A stretch of DNA of 57,990 nt from Girardia tigrina (lineage: Eukaryota). Position numbers and translations under genes: made by a program. The stretch is taken from NCBI GenBank assembly GCA_001938485.1, contig MQRK01240826.1, positions 1-57,990 on the forward strand, in the 5' to 3' direction. Under the pieces are notes generated by a model. It was not told where the DNA came from. It did no database searches and was given only the letters and a program-made list of their open reading frames with translations. Shown here in pieces: positions 13,259-25,424 of this stretch (positions are counted from its first letter, which is position 1; each line of letters starts with the position of its first letter).

Positions 13259-15179
13259 ATGGCTGTATCAACAGTTTGGTTTTATATTTGCTGAAAGGAT
13301 ATGACGAGTTTTTAGTTTTGAGGAACATGAGTAAACTGTGAGTTCTTCCTAAATCCTAAACGGAACTTATTGGGCCATCTCTAAATAATACAGTGTTTTC
13401 ATGCAGCCACTTTCACCTTGGTGCCAATTTAAAACAATTATAAATAAAAAAAATAATTAATTACACTTTTAGTATTGATTTATATTGCAAATAGAATAGA
13501 TTAATTCCTACATTTTATTCTAGAACTTTTGAACTAATAAATGTAATAAATTAGTAATAAAAGTATGTTATAAATAATATGTAAAATATGTAATAAAAGT
13601 ATCATTGATACTATTGGAATAGTAACATGAACTCTCATTAAAAACTACAATTATTACAATTAGGATAAAAATAGTATCACTAACATGTTATTGAAACAAT
13701 GAGTAATGTTACTGTAGGTCTAATGATATTGTTAAGAGTTATCCGTTATATCATAAGAAATAAATAATCAAAACGATGCGATATTATTGATTATTTTTCT
13801 TTGTAAATAAAACCAAAACATAAAAACAAATTAGGAAAGTTAATATGAAAAATTTCAACACCATCTTTTGATAAATTAGAACGAACACCTTTTACATTTA
13901 CACCTTTAATTGAATGAAAATAAAACCGTTTGGTAAAAATCATTTATTAGAAAATTGCATTGATTAAAGGTCATATATAAATGAAGTCATACCAAATTTT
14001 AATTTTCTACTTTTTTTCATGATTTTTCCACAATCTTTTGACACTCTCTTCAGACAAAAAAAACAACCAAATCACATTACCTGACATTTACTAAACTTCT
14101 AAATTTCTTCTGTAACAAGTGGTTACATTTTGTGTGTTCCAATTTGTAATATATTCCCTCAGATAAATCTCATTTTTTTTAAAAAAAAAGTTTTTTATTA
14201 CAAAATTTAACTTTTTTTGTTGTCATATTTTTAATTATTTTTTCTTCTTTTTCTCTTACTGATTGCTAATTATACATTTTATTAAAACTATTTCGATTTC
14301 AGAGCCATATACAGATCCAGTTTATCATCTTTTACGATGTGGGGCTAACCCCGGTTAATTTTTATTTATTTTTTGAATGATTTGTTGGAGAGTTGAAAAC
14401 AAAATATTGTAAATTGTATCAGATGTTTATTTAATAAACAAATTTTTATTTAAGATCACAATCCGCAAATGTGCATGTGCGACTGTCATGGGAAACGAGA
14501 TCATCATCATGATAGTTTATGAAAAAAATATGTATTTTATACTAATATTTCCAGCCTTTTTGTCAATAAATAGATTTTGATTTTTTTGATGTATTATGTA
14601 TTAATTTTCAAGAAATAAAATTCATTTTTTTTCAGGAACGAAAAGATATAATTGATAATAATCTATGAAAGAAATTGTAGAAAAACATGTGAATTTCTTT
14701 AGAAAATATAAATAAATAAATAATATATCTTAATCAAATATTTATTTAATTACATTGGATAACAGCCAAAAAAACATCAGGGGTCTCTCAGTCGATTTAG
14801 ACTAATTTTGGTGTTCTGAGTCCGAATATCGCATTGATTTTGTTCTATCAGGTCAACCATTTTAGATACAGCTATAGGCCTACCTGAGTGGTGGCTAGCC
14901 ACCCACTCTTGTTTCTTGTCATCAAAAAATTGGGTTAACCTTTTTGCATCATAAATAAACGACCAAAGAAGGAATGTAAGGAAGTGTACTAAAAGGTTTT
15001 ATTGTTTACAGAAATATTGATTCAACATCAATTTCACTATGGATTTCTAAAACAATACAAATTATGCAAATTATGATGCGGTATTATCACAATTGGCACT
15101 TTTACTAATAGGCAAATCTAGACAACTGCCTATGGGCGCCAACCAAAAAAAGGCGCCTAATTTTCTTATGGAAATTTTA

Positions 15180-15350
15180 TCACATATAAGTAACTGCTCT
15201 TCGGAACGCAGTTTTTCATTTTTGAAAAGATTATGATCAAATATAAAAGAATAACGCTTAAATATTATCATTAGAAACAGGGTTTACGTTAAATTTAAAT
15301 TATTCTGATATAATTGATGACTTTGCTGAAACAAAATAAAGACGGAAATT
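15180..15350 (+). mobile_element. hAT transposase C-terminal (dimerisation domain) fragment
   Basis: ISNCSSERSFSFLKRL motif. Confidence 0.55.
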
Positions 15351-15469
15351 TTAATATGTTAAAGAATTTAAAGGAAAAGCAAATTTTCTTTCAAATAAAT
15401 AAACAAAAACCACCAACAAATAATTAGTTTTTCCATTCTTTCTATTAGCTTACTTCTATATATGTATAT

Positions 15470-17704
15470 ATGTTTATGACCAGCAAGATTATACAAAACA
15501 AGATCATAAACATTGCTGCGAAATTCATTCATGACTATTTTCGTAAGTATCTAAAAGCTTGTTCACATTTTTTACTAATTTCAGATGAAAGAAACTCCCA
15601 TGACCGCGAAATTATTTCAGTTTATATTCGTCTGCTTGACAAATTTCAAGAAAAGCTTTAAAATATGGAAGTAGTAATGCGAATGCTGGAGACCGAGAGG
15701 ATTACAGGAGAGTTTATTGCCCTGGCTATCAGAAATGCACTGGAAGAAGAACGAATTAACATCAAGGATTGTAAAGGGTAAACATATGAAATAGAAATAT
15801 TATGAATTCTTGCAATCAACTGTTTTCTTTTTCGATAAATCACCAAAGCGCCAACGCTTTCTCCTCAGGGATATTTCTGCTCAAGCACCAGAGTTAAATA
15901 AGGCAAAGTTGAAGAACCTTTGCAAAACACGATAACTTTAGTGTCACATCACATATAATACCAATGAAGAACTTTATATCTACATTGTTCGCGCTCTTGA
16001 TGAAATCATTACACTTCTGATGCCCACGATCTGTATGATAATATCAAAGCAGAAGCATGGAATTTGGATAAATAAACTAGTTCTTAAGTCAATATATTAC
16101 TACATATATTTAAAAACTACGACAACATTGTCAATTTTGTTGTGACAAAGGAAGGTTTGGAGCCAATGCAACCAATTGTATCATGTATTCAAGGTGAGTT
16201 AATGTAGGTTTATCTGGCTTTTCAAAATGTTTCACAAATTTCTTCTTTTTATTCCACATTCTGTGCAAATGCTGACGACTGGTTTTCCACAATTTATCAC
16301 AAAGTCAAAGAAAGTGCGCAGTCTGTTAATTCTACTGAAAAAGCTCCAAGGTTTTGTAATTGTCAAATTCATCATTTAAATGCGCCTGCTATCTCACCTT
16401 TTGCGTACTACAAGGCAATGTAGCCATTTCATTCCTCGATGTGAGAAGTGGTTGCAACATCAATATCATAATTCATTTTTTAACCCCAAAATTTATTTAC
16501 AACAATTCACATATTTCAACAAATTTTTCAGTTGATTTAATTATCTCGCCACAAATTAATCTATTAAATTTTTTCGATTCAATTTTTAAAATCTTGGAAA
16601 TTATTAAATAATTTTCACATTATAACTAAAAATTTATTTTAAAATTTATTTAAAATTGTTTCATAACTTCTATTAGAATATATAAATTGTTATGACTGTA
16701 AAAATATTTTTATTTATAAATAAATATTTAATATTTAATGATTTTCTTTTCATTTTTAATTTTAAGATATTTAATAGATATTTTTTATTTTTAAATAGAT
16801 ATTTAATTTTTTATGATTTTATTTTATTATATCATTTTTAATTTTTAAAATATTTAAAAAACACATTAAAAACATATTTTATTTTTAAATACGTATTTGT
16901 TTTTTTTAATAGTTGTTTTATTATATCATTTTTAATTTTAAAATATTTAATAAGCATATTAACATTAAAATATTTTACCTTTTAAGTTAAAAAATAATAA
17001 ATTATTCTGGCGAGATGCAAATTTAAATTAACGCGTCATACTCGACATAGTTTCATTTGAATTAGTAGCACGTTTTACAGAAGGTAAAGGAGCACATTAT
17101 GGCTATGTACTTTTATTCCGGAAATTATTGTCACTAAAGACTACGATGAGTTGGAAATATTATCAAAACAACAGGTGGCTAAGTGGTATGATATTCTTCC
17201 AAACCCAACTACTCTTAATAATGAATTGCTACGATGGAAACATTTGTGTGTGGAGAAAAAAATTTCTGGAATGGCAATCACTGAACTTCTTCAACAATAC
17301 GTTGACTCTATATTCTTCCCAAATATTCGTGAGCTATACCTCATTCTTGGGAGTTATGAGGCAGAGCGTTCATTCTCTTGTGTACGTCGCATTCGCTCAT
17401 GTCTACGAACAACGATGGAAACTGAAAGACTGTCTGATTTTTGTGTGATTGGAATGTACTATATTTTGCATCAAACTTGTATCTCAACGGAACAAATTGC
17501 AAATATGTTCATTGCGTTTCATCTATGTAGTTTCTATTAAACATGTGCTTCTATGAATAGATTGTGTGATTTGGAGTTTTTTCATCTATGAATTATAGAA
17601 TATACTCTTAATTTCTAAAAATAAATGTTAAAATATTTTAACGTGAAAGAAAACTTGTTTCAAATCGTAGTCAACCCCCCTCTAAATTCCTGGATCCACC
17701 ACTA
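15470..17704 (+). mobile_element. hAT transposon (P52rIPK/ZMYM1-like), decayed, with a solo LTR insert
   Basis: TSKIIQNKII...FLLISDE; FLDIVSFELVARF restored by removing the insert; FFPNIREL...EAERSFSCVRRIRSCLRTTMETERLS. Right TIR CCTGGATCCACCACTA. Confidence 0.85.
16440..17040. mobile_element. Solo LTR (601 bp) with 5-bp TSD
   Basis: CTCGA|TGTGA...TCATA|CTCGA. Excision restores the hAT reading frame. Confidence 0.75.
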
Positions 17705-17739
17705 TATATATATTTCGAAAATATAATTTGATTAAAGCT

Positions 17740-18520
17740 TTTTTTTATACAACTATTGGACATGTTTCGATGTTTATAAATAAACATCATCATCAGCAAT
17801 TTTCTATTGAATTGCTTGAATAATACAATTTTTCACAATTTTAATAAATATAATTTACTTTAAAAGGTGACGAAAAAATTAAACATTTTTATCTATGAAA
17901 ATATTATTGGGTAATAATGGCAAAAATATTTTAATTAAAAATTTTAAGTATGGAAATAACCTTACTTTGCCCATTCTGAATGTTAATTGATGGGTTGTAG
18001 TGTCTTATTAGTAGAGATTCACAAAACTGTCGTTCGTAATGTGAATCAAAACCATTTTGTAGAACAGTAAACTCATCTTTTGAAATGGATGAGGTTCTAT
18101 CCTTACAACATAACCAATGATCAAGAACCTTACTCGATCGACTCATTTGCGAGTGCTCACTAATCCGGGTTTTGAGATGACGATNNNNNNNNNNNNNNNN
18201 NNNNNNNNNNNNNNNNNNNNNNNNNNNNNNNNNNNNNNNNNNNNNNNNNNNNNNNNNNNNNNNNNNNNNNNNNNNNNNNNNNNNNNNNNNNNNNNNNNNN
18301 NNNNNNNNNNNNNNNNNNNNNNNNNNNNNNNNNNNNNNNNNNNNNNNNNNNNNNNNNNNNNNNNNNNNNNNNATCCTTCAGAATATGGAATTTTAATGAT
18401 TTGTTTGTATTCTTCAGTATTTTCTTCTTTTAATTGTTTTTTAACTCGTGCATCTGTACATAATTTGTCTAATGTTACCCTAATGTTGTGTAACATTATT
18501 ATTATTCTTTATCCGACGAA
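17740..18520 (-). mobile_element. Penelope-like element 3' part (GIY-YIG endonuclease C-terminus + 3' region with hammerhead)
   Basis: QIIKIPYSEG; HLKTRISEH; KVLDHWLCC...ERQFCESLLIRHYNPSINIQ. Contains an N-gap; the hammerhead lies downstream. Confidence 0.85.
17755..17800 (-). ncRNA. Minimal type I hammerhead ribozyme, intact
   Basis: AUUG-CUGAUGA-U-GAUGUUUA(uuua)UAAACAUC-GAAA-CAUG-UC/CAAU: stem I, full core, 8-bp stem II, palindromic stem III and GUC cleavage site. Confidence 0.9.
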
Positions 18521-18593
18521 TAAGATCTCTGGCATATGGTCAAATTATATTCGAAGAAAAAGTAACATATCATTTAATAATTACTTTAAATGA

Positions 18594-18633
18594 TATATAT
18601 ATTTAATATATATATCTATAAATATATATATCT

Positions 18634-18679
<46 letters not shown>
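18594..18679. repeat. (TA)n microsatellite
   Basis: Direct TA run, imperfect in its 5' half. Confidence 0.9.
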
Positions 18680-18680
<1 letters not shown>

Positions 18681-18793
18681 TAAAATTGATATTTCGATAT
18701 TTAAAAATTTTTAGAAGTAACTTTGAAAGGTTTTGAATCAAATATGAGACTGTTAATTATGAATAAATTTAAATAACATTGGCAAGTAATCTA

Positions 18794-19260
18794 TGATGGC
18801 GATAACCTGATCGAGCTGTAGCAGTCTGAAACCCCTTGTTGTAAATAATCCCTTACTCCGGCAGGGTCGCGGAGATTATCTGTGAACGACCGCGGATCAA
18901 TTCGAACGAGTGGCCATCAGCCGGCAGCTGAACAAAGTTTACTCAACGAGTCTTTCTGGAGGGACTCTCCATTCCGAGTTGTCAAGCATGTCGCGATAAG
19001 CATCGTTGCGGATAGCAATTGACCCGGTCAGCCGTTCAGTTTGTGTTCTGGTAGGCCAACAAGCGCGCCGGAACGAATTCATTGTGTGGCTATCCCTCAG
19101 GCAGGGAACCGGTGGGTTCCGTCGTGTCAGTTTCGCACTCGATGACACGTCATCGGATGATTGAGACGACTTTCGATTTATCGGTGATCTCTTCTCATGA
19201 TTATTCATGTACGTCGAGATCAACATTATAGGTAGAAAGAGGGACGTCGGTTGTCCTACA
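18794..19260. mobile_element. Candidate solo LTR (GC-richer island)
   Basis: TG...CA bounded, non-coding, sharp composition shift. Flanks TCTA/TCTT (one mismatch). Confidence 0.35.
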
Positions 19261-19299
19261 TCTTTATCTTCATATTCCAAAAGTTTACATTTACTGTAT

Positions 19300-20363
19300 T
19301 GTTTAAATAAAAAAGTTTTTGTATTTCATTTTTTAATTGTTAAAAAATTTCTGTTTTTTTTCGATAGACTATCCAGTAGCACTACATTCTCAAATAAAAA
19401 TTTAGCGGAAGAGAAGATTCTTTCCGATTCCACAGACGTAGGAGGAATTGTCAGTAAATATTGAAATACACTCTCTAAATGGGGCCCTTGTTTGCCTGAT
19501 TGGACTGCAATATTAATCTCATAATTAATCAAACTTAAATAGGATACCTGCTCTATTTTATGTATTGTAACTGAATTTGAAAAAAACAGCCATAATAACT
19601 TCTTGTAGTCGGGACTCTATTATAAGATGGTCATTTGATGGTAATGAATTTCTTTTAAACTCCGAGGAATGTGAGTATTCCCTTTCAAACTTTTTACTTC
19701 CCCATATTCTTCTTACCATGATTTAAGAAGGATCAGTCGTTTTCTTTTTTTGCTAAATGTGCTTGCGGGTTGTCCAGATATTGAAGGACAACTGATGCTT
19801 CATTGTACCACTGTTCTAAAATTCGCTTCTGAAGAGATTTGAGAAGCTCTTCACTAAGAAAATGAGATTGTGCTTGCAGGTTCTGTTAAAGAAAATTTAT
19901 TGTGGCTTCTGCAGTTAAAAGCGTTGTGTCATTTCTGCAGATAACTGTCACTGCTATCTAAAATGATTTCAGCGCAGAAACGATTTTCTTCATGATTTCA
20001 AAATCATCATCAGTCAATGACAGCTTTTTGAATAGTTGACTTTACAATTAGCAGTCCAACATGTTAACTTAACTAACCCAACGTGTTCTGCAGTCTAGAA
20101 TCAGAGACATATTGCTGGTCATGGCATTCTCTCGTCGTTTGTAATTGAGTAAAATATCGTACTTCTGCGGTTATCATTGAAATAATTTGACGAAGAATTA
20201 AAAATATTTTTTTAGAATTTTTTGATAAAAAAATATTTTTAAATCTTACAAAGATAGAAAGTAATTTTTCATAAAAAATTGTAAAAGCCATATTAACGAA
20301 ACCATTAATCCCGGGATTTCGGGACACCCATTTGGGTCAGGGATCCCGGGATTGAAACCCCTA
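19300..20363 (-). mobile_element. hAT transposon remnant
   Basis: QYLLTIPPTSVESERIFSSA dimerisation motif. Terminus TAGGGGTTTCAATCCCGGGATCCC with CCCGGGAT subterminal repeats. Confidence 0.8.
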
Positions 20364-21076
20364 CCGCCAATGTAGAAATCAGAAACTCCTCAAAATATTC
20401 TAAAATAAAATACTATTGATGACTAGAAAATACATATAAAAAACAAAATTATCGAAAAGTAACTAAATTTTCATTATTTTTATTTAAAACAATTAAAGCA
20501 AAAATATATAAATAATGTCTAAATACATCTTAAATAAGTCCTAAGATAAAGATCAAGATAAAAAATCAACTGGAATTATTTTTGTCTGAAAAAAATAGTC
20601 AAATTCGTTAATCAAATAAAATATCGAAAGATTTTTGTTTTAATTAAATCTTCTTTAATATAACTTTAATAAGGAAAACAAAGTAAATATCACGACCATC
20701 CGCATGTGTCCCGGACGATGATAAATGTACTTACATCAAATCTAAATCACAAAGTTTTGATGTCAATTAAAATATAATTAAATAACTGTCCCAGTCACTC
20801 ATTCACTTTCCTCCGTCCAACAACGTATTTTGCTTTTTCGGGCTATTTTTCATTATGTCTGACGACCATTTTTCATTGATTTATTTTCAATTTTTTATTC
20901 ATTTATATTTACTAAATGTTGAAATAGTTTGGAAACTATCAATTGTGGTAAGAATATTTGCAGAGGAAATTGTTTCAATGAAACTTTACACTTACGTAAT
21001 TATTTTTCATTTAATTGATTTAATATAGAGAAAAAAACAAAGAAACATCTTTTAAGAATCATTTATTTTTTCAAAG

Positions 21077-21117
21077 TTACCGACATGTTTCGTTCTTATC
21101 AGAACATCATCAGGTGG
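21077..21117 (-). ncRNA. Minimal hammerhead ribozyme (core intact, stem I poor)
   Basis: CUGAUGA-U-GUUC(ugauaa)GAAC-GAAA-CAUG-UC, followed by AATAAA. Confidence 0.7.
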
Positions 21118-21189
21118 ATCGTTCATTGATAGACCAAATTTCTAAAATTACCAAAATGAAACCGAAAAAGGAGTCTGTATCAAAAAATG

Positions 21190-23530
21190 TGCAAACAAAG
21201 TCCGTAAGTCTCGCCGGTCGAACGACCACTCGTTGAGGCCTTGGTGTCTTTGCAAATTCGGTCTGGATCTGGTGTCGTTTGGAGACATCCGGTAACTCTT
21301 TCCATGGCTGCTCGTCTTCGTGATCTGAGCTGTCACTGAAGTTGCCTGTGTTCATCCCCACGGAGGCTACTCGCGAATCCGATAGTCCCTTCATTTGTTT
21401 TGTTTACCTGCCCTCAGGTATGCGTCTGACATGTGGCACGTGGAATGGAATCCCGTCAATCTTAACTTTATGTGATTGGCAGAATCGGCACACGATTATT
21501 CGTCTCCACTGATTCGTGCATGTTGCATTCGTCGGTTTCACGAACACGGCGTCTCTTACTCGTAGTTCCTTTGTATGCACAACTCCAAGGTTATACCCGA
21601 AAACAGCGAATTACAAAACAGCGAATTACAAAACAGCGAATGTGAAAACAGCGAATCATCAATACAGCGAATTCCAAAACATCGATTCATCAATACAGCG
21701 AATCATCAAAACAGCGATTCGTCAAAACAGCGATTCATCAATCAGCGAATTCTGCAAAACAGCGTATTAACAACATCACAATTTGAATGCAAACATTTAT
21801 TTACAACACAAACAGATTCTTCACAACAATTTTCAGTGGTCATCTTTCTTTGATTAATATAGTTTTTGATTAAATATTTAAATATGAAAAAATTAATGAA
21901 TGGGGAAATTTTAATATTACATTTTAATTTCTCATAATTTTTATTGGATAAAAAGACATTATGTAATTTTTAAAATAAACATTAATTTTTCAAAATATTA
22001 AATTTAATAAGTTAAAATCGTTTACTGAAAATATTATTAAAATTCATAATTATCAAACTTTAATTAATTAGTACTTTAATTCAATATCATTAAATTAATT
22101 TCATTAGATTCAAATAATTAATCAAATAGCATATCAATCCCGTCTGAGTAGGAGAGTCACAAATCTAAACAGCATAAAAACAACAAACTTACAACATTCA
22201 CAATTATCCCTCACACAGCGAATGAAATTTTTCATTTAAAAATGAGATTTTTGTCATTTAAATTGGAGAATATTTATATTAATAAGATATTTTTAAGATA
22301 TATTAATAAGATTTTTTAAATTAATGCTGGGCAAGTTATTAACAAAAAAAAATAAAAAGTATAATTCAATAAGTGAACGTATTTCAAAATTGCAACAGTG
22401 TTTTGGTGATTGTGAAATCGGTGTGCAGGAGTTTATTCGTGGAATTTCTTTCAGTTTAAGCACACCAATTGCATTTTGTCAAAGTATTTAAAGTTGGAAT
22501 TTCCCTAAAATAAAATTTTATATCTAATTGACTTTTTTTCTATTTGGATAGTACATCGCTGTTATGAGATTTGCTGTTATATAAATCGCTGTTTTGATGA
22601 TTCGCTGTTTTGAGAATCACTGTTATGGGATTCGCTGTTATGGGATTCGCTGTTTTCAGATTCGCTGTTATGTAACTCGCTGTTTTGTAATTCGCTGTTA
22701 TGAGGATATGTCAACTCCAATATCCTTTGGGAGCTGGTCCGCGAAATCAACTGTTAGCGGCAGTCACTGCGTTGTGCAAACACTGTGGACGCCCTAATCA
22801 CATTCGCTGATTTCAAAGTGGCGTTGTACCACTCTACCAAATCATGGCATAGGTTCTCATTTCGCGCTGTCATGCACTTGATAGTCCAATGACAGCGGTC
22901 AACAATGCCGTTTCCGCTGAGCCAATATACGCACCGAAACTGCATCTTGATTCTCATTTCTGGCTGCAATTTACCTATTTGTACTCCACGATGCGTTGTA
23001 AAGTTATTCAGCAGATTACGCGACTGCAGTGGATCCACTGAGCGACTCTGGCGGCACCTCCGTCCTCCACTTTCCCACCGCGGTATATGAGCGGCATAGA
23101 ACTTGGCAAAAATAGTCTTTTCCATGTGTGTTAGCGCTGGTTTCTTCATAACACTTGCCGCTGCTCTATCCGCCCGAAATTTTAGGTGTTAACTCTATCT
23201 GGAACCGTAAGCCTTCGAGTTAACTGATCGCGTCTATATCAATAAATATCTCGGTCCTAAATCAGACAACTTCTGATAACCCGTAGAACGCGGCCTTCAA
23301 TTCGCTTTCTACCGTACTCGATCACCATCTGCTGTAGAGCCATCAATCATCTTTCCGATTCATATACGTAGTCCAGTATTTCCGGTAGAACTACTGCGTT
23401 CGCCATGACTGTTGTGAAAAAGCCCGTGTTGACCATCACTTCATGGTTCTCCCACATATAGTGGAGAATAAATGACATGTGCACGTCAGCGTACCCAGGT
23501 CCCAACATCGTGTAGTAGTTGGGAATCAAT
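21190..23530 (-). mobile_element. Mag-clade Gypsy internal remnant (integrase and C-terminal tail), split by a MULE
   Basis: IKMQFRCVYWLSGNGIVDRCHWTIK...VEWYNAT; KVKIDGIPFHVPHVRR; RPQRVVVRPARLTDFV terminal motif. Confidence 0.75.
21589..22712 (+). mobile_element. Non-autonomous MULE (Mutator-like) element
   Basis: TSD AACTCCAA (8 bp, extendable to 9). Inverted arrays of ~15-bp AAAACAGCGAAT repeats at both ends. Internal MULE C-terminal remnant KKYNSISERISKLQQCF...QEFIRGISFSL. Confidence 0.85.
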
Positions 23531-24212
23531 ATTACTTTCTCTCCAGGTGGGTTTTTCGCTGCAAAAAAACCTTCTTAATTTTTTTTACTTTAATCTACAA
23601 AACAACCCATTTATCATATTTCTTTTACATAGACGAGATTCCGAATATTCTTGGAAAAAATATTTGTAGAAACTTATAACTCTAAAGTCAAAAGACTTTG
23701 AAAAGTGAATTATCCTCTAAAATCTATTAAATCTACTTCAATTAATTTTGTTATAATTGTTGTTGTGTATAATGTGTTATGTGTGAGTGTGTGTTGTTGT
23801 TCTTATGTTAAGTTGTGTTATGATCTTTTGTGTAGTGGGTTCAATCTTTTTTTTCTGACACCAATTTGTTACGCAAACGAGCTAATCAAACAAATATGTT
23901 TCCTTAACTTGTTTACACAACACGTGAAATTATATACTCTCGAAATTCAACGGCTCGAGTGTATATAACTAAATTATATACAAATAAATAATTAAGTTAA
24001 CGGAAAGATAAAAAAAGAAAATAGAATAATGATTACCACCAAAGTATATTTAACAAGAAAAGAGTGATGGAGGAACAAATAACAAAATAACTTTACTTCA
24101 CAGAAATCACCACCAAAAATTATAGTCGTTTACGAATAAAATCTTCAGATGTAAAAAAAACAGTTGTAGTGGGGGATAGAATCTCCGGAGTGTCGTTAAT
24201 GTATTAATTTGT

Positions 24213-25424
24213 TGTTGGATATTAGATATTTTAATTATTTGAAATATTTAATATTTGCTTTTTTGATAAATATTTTTGTAGTGAATTAAAAAAAATCAAA
24301 ATAATTTTTTTTTAATAACAAAAAAACGATCAAAAAAATAAAATTGTGAACGGAGTGATCGAAATGCAAAAAAAAATAAAAATTCAAGTGAAAAAAAATT
24401 AGCAGATTATTATCAAAAATACACTTGTTTAAATAAGCTCAAATTTACAAAACTCGAACAACAAATTCAAAAAATTGGTAAACTCTAATCATGTCCGACT
24501 GCGAAACCGAGACATTCGCCTTTCTGGCCGAAATCGCCCAGTTGATGAGTCTAATCATCAACACGTTCTACTCTAACAAAGAGATTAATTTAATTTTAAT
24601 TGTCTCAGAATTCTCAAGTTTGTTCTGTGAACGTGGGTCTCCCAAGGAACTAATTATCGATAATTATATCACATTTCATTCGGCAGAATTCAACAAACTG
24701 ATGGAAAAATGGAACGTTCGAGTCATGTATCGTGCCATCAATCGACCCAACTGCAATGGAATAATAGAAAGGAATCATAGAACAATCAAAAGAATTGCGT
24801 CCAGATCAAATATCAGCATTTTGGAAGCCTAATGGTGGTATAATAACACGCCATCTGAAGGAAAAGAAACACCAAGCTCGGCACTATATAGCTATTTGCC
24901 CATAGGGTTAGATATAATTGAAAGAAGTGAAAAGGAGCCATTCTGTGGAAATCCAGATGTTGAGAATCAATTCGTGTGGGTAAAACCGGAAAACAGTACA
25001 CCATGTACACAGCAATGGGCCAAGGGTGTTGTCGTAAAAAGAATAGATCAAAGGAAATATCTAGTAAATTGCAACGGATTTTGCGGTCCAAGACATATCG
25101 CAGACATTCGACCTAGAAAGCCTGACTTGGTTGAAAATTCCAAGTCATACTATATGAATATGGAGGAAACTGCATCACTACCAGACAATCAGACACAAGA
25201 AGAATAATCATTGAACAGTCGGCCTAGTAGAGAAAGACGAAGACCGCCTTATCTAAATGATTACATTGTGGATTCAGATTCTTCTGTGGACGAATCTGGT
25301 GGGAGTGTTGGATATTAGATATTTTAATTATTTGAAATATTTAATATTTGCTTTTTTGATAAATATTTTGTTTGAATATTATCAATTAAACATTGATTTG
25401 AAAAAATACTTTTCGCGTGTTACA
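24213..25424 (+). mobile_element. Chimeric Mag-type retroelement: partial LTR - Hsp90 mRNA 5' end - integrase 3' half - PPT - 119-bp LTR
   Basis: 24213-24279 is nearly identical to the start of the LTR at 25306. PPT TGGTGGGAG; LTR TGTTGG...GTTACA; flanks TTTGT/TTTAT. Integrase motifs [14 protein letters not shown]...[12 protein letters not shown]...WWYNNTP, WVKP, RHIADIRP and RPSRERRRPPYLNDY. Confidence 0.8.
24491..24586 (+). pseudogene. HSP90: Captured cytosolic Hsp90 N-terminal fragment (32 codons), in frame with the integrase
   Basis: [32 protein letters not shown] matches the Hsp90 signature [26 protein letters not shown]. It is preceded by a 211-nt A-rich leader. Confidence 0.93.

Noticed and set aside
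21600-22700. Regular short repeats resembling a CRISPR array or a repeat protein (YKTAN/SELQN ORFs)
   Set aside because: There are no unique spacers. These are mirrored subterminal repeats of a TSD-bounded MULE, and the ORFs are incidental.
24491-24832. A functional Hsp90 gene
   Set aside because: Only 32 codons are present and they join integrase sequence; no further Hsp90 exons were found in the window.
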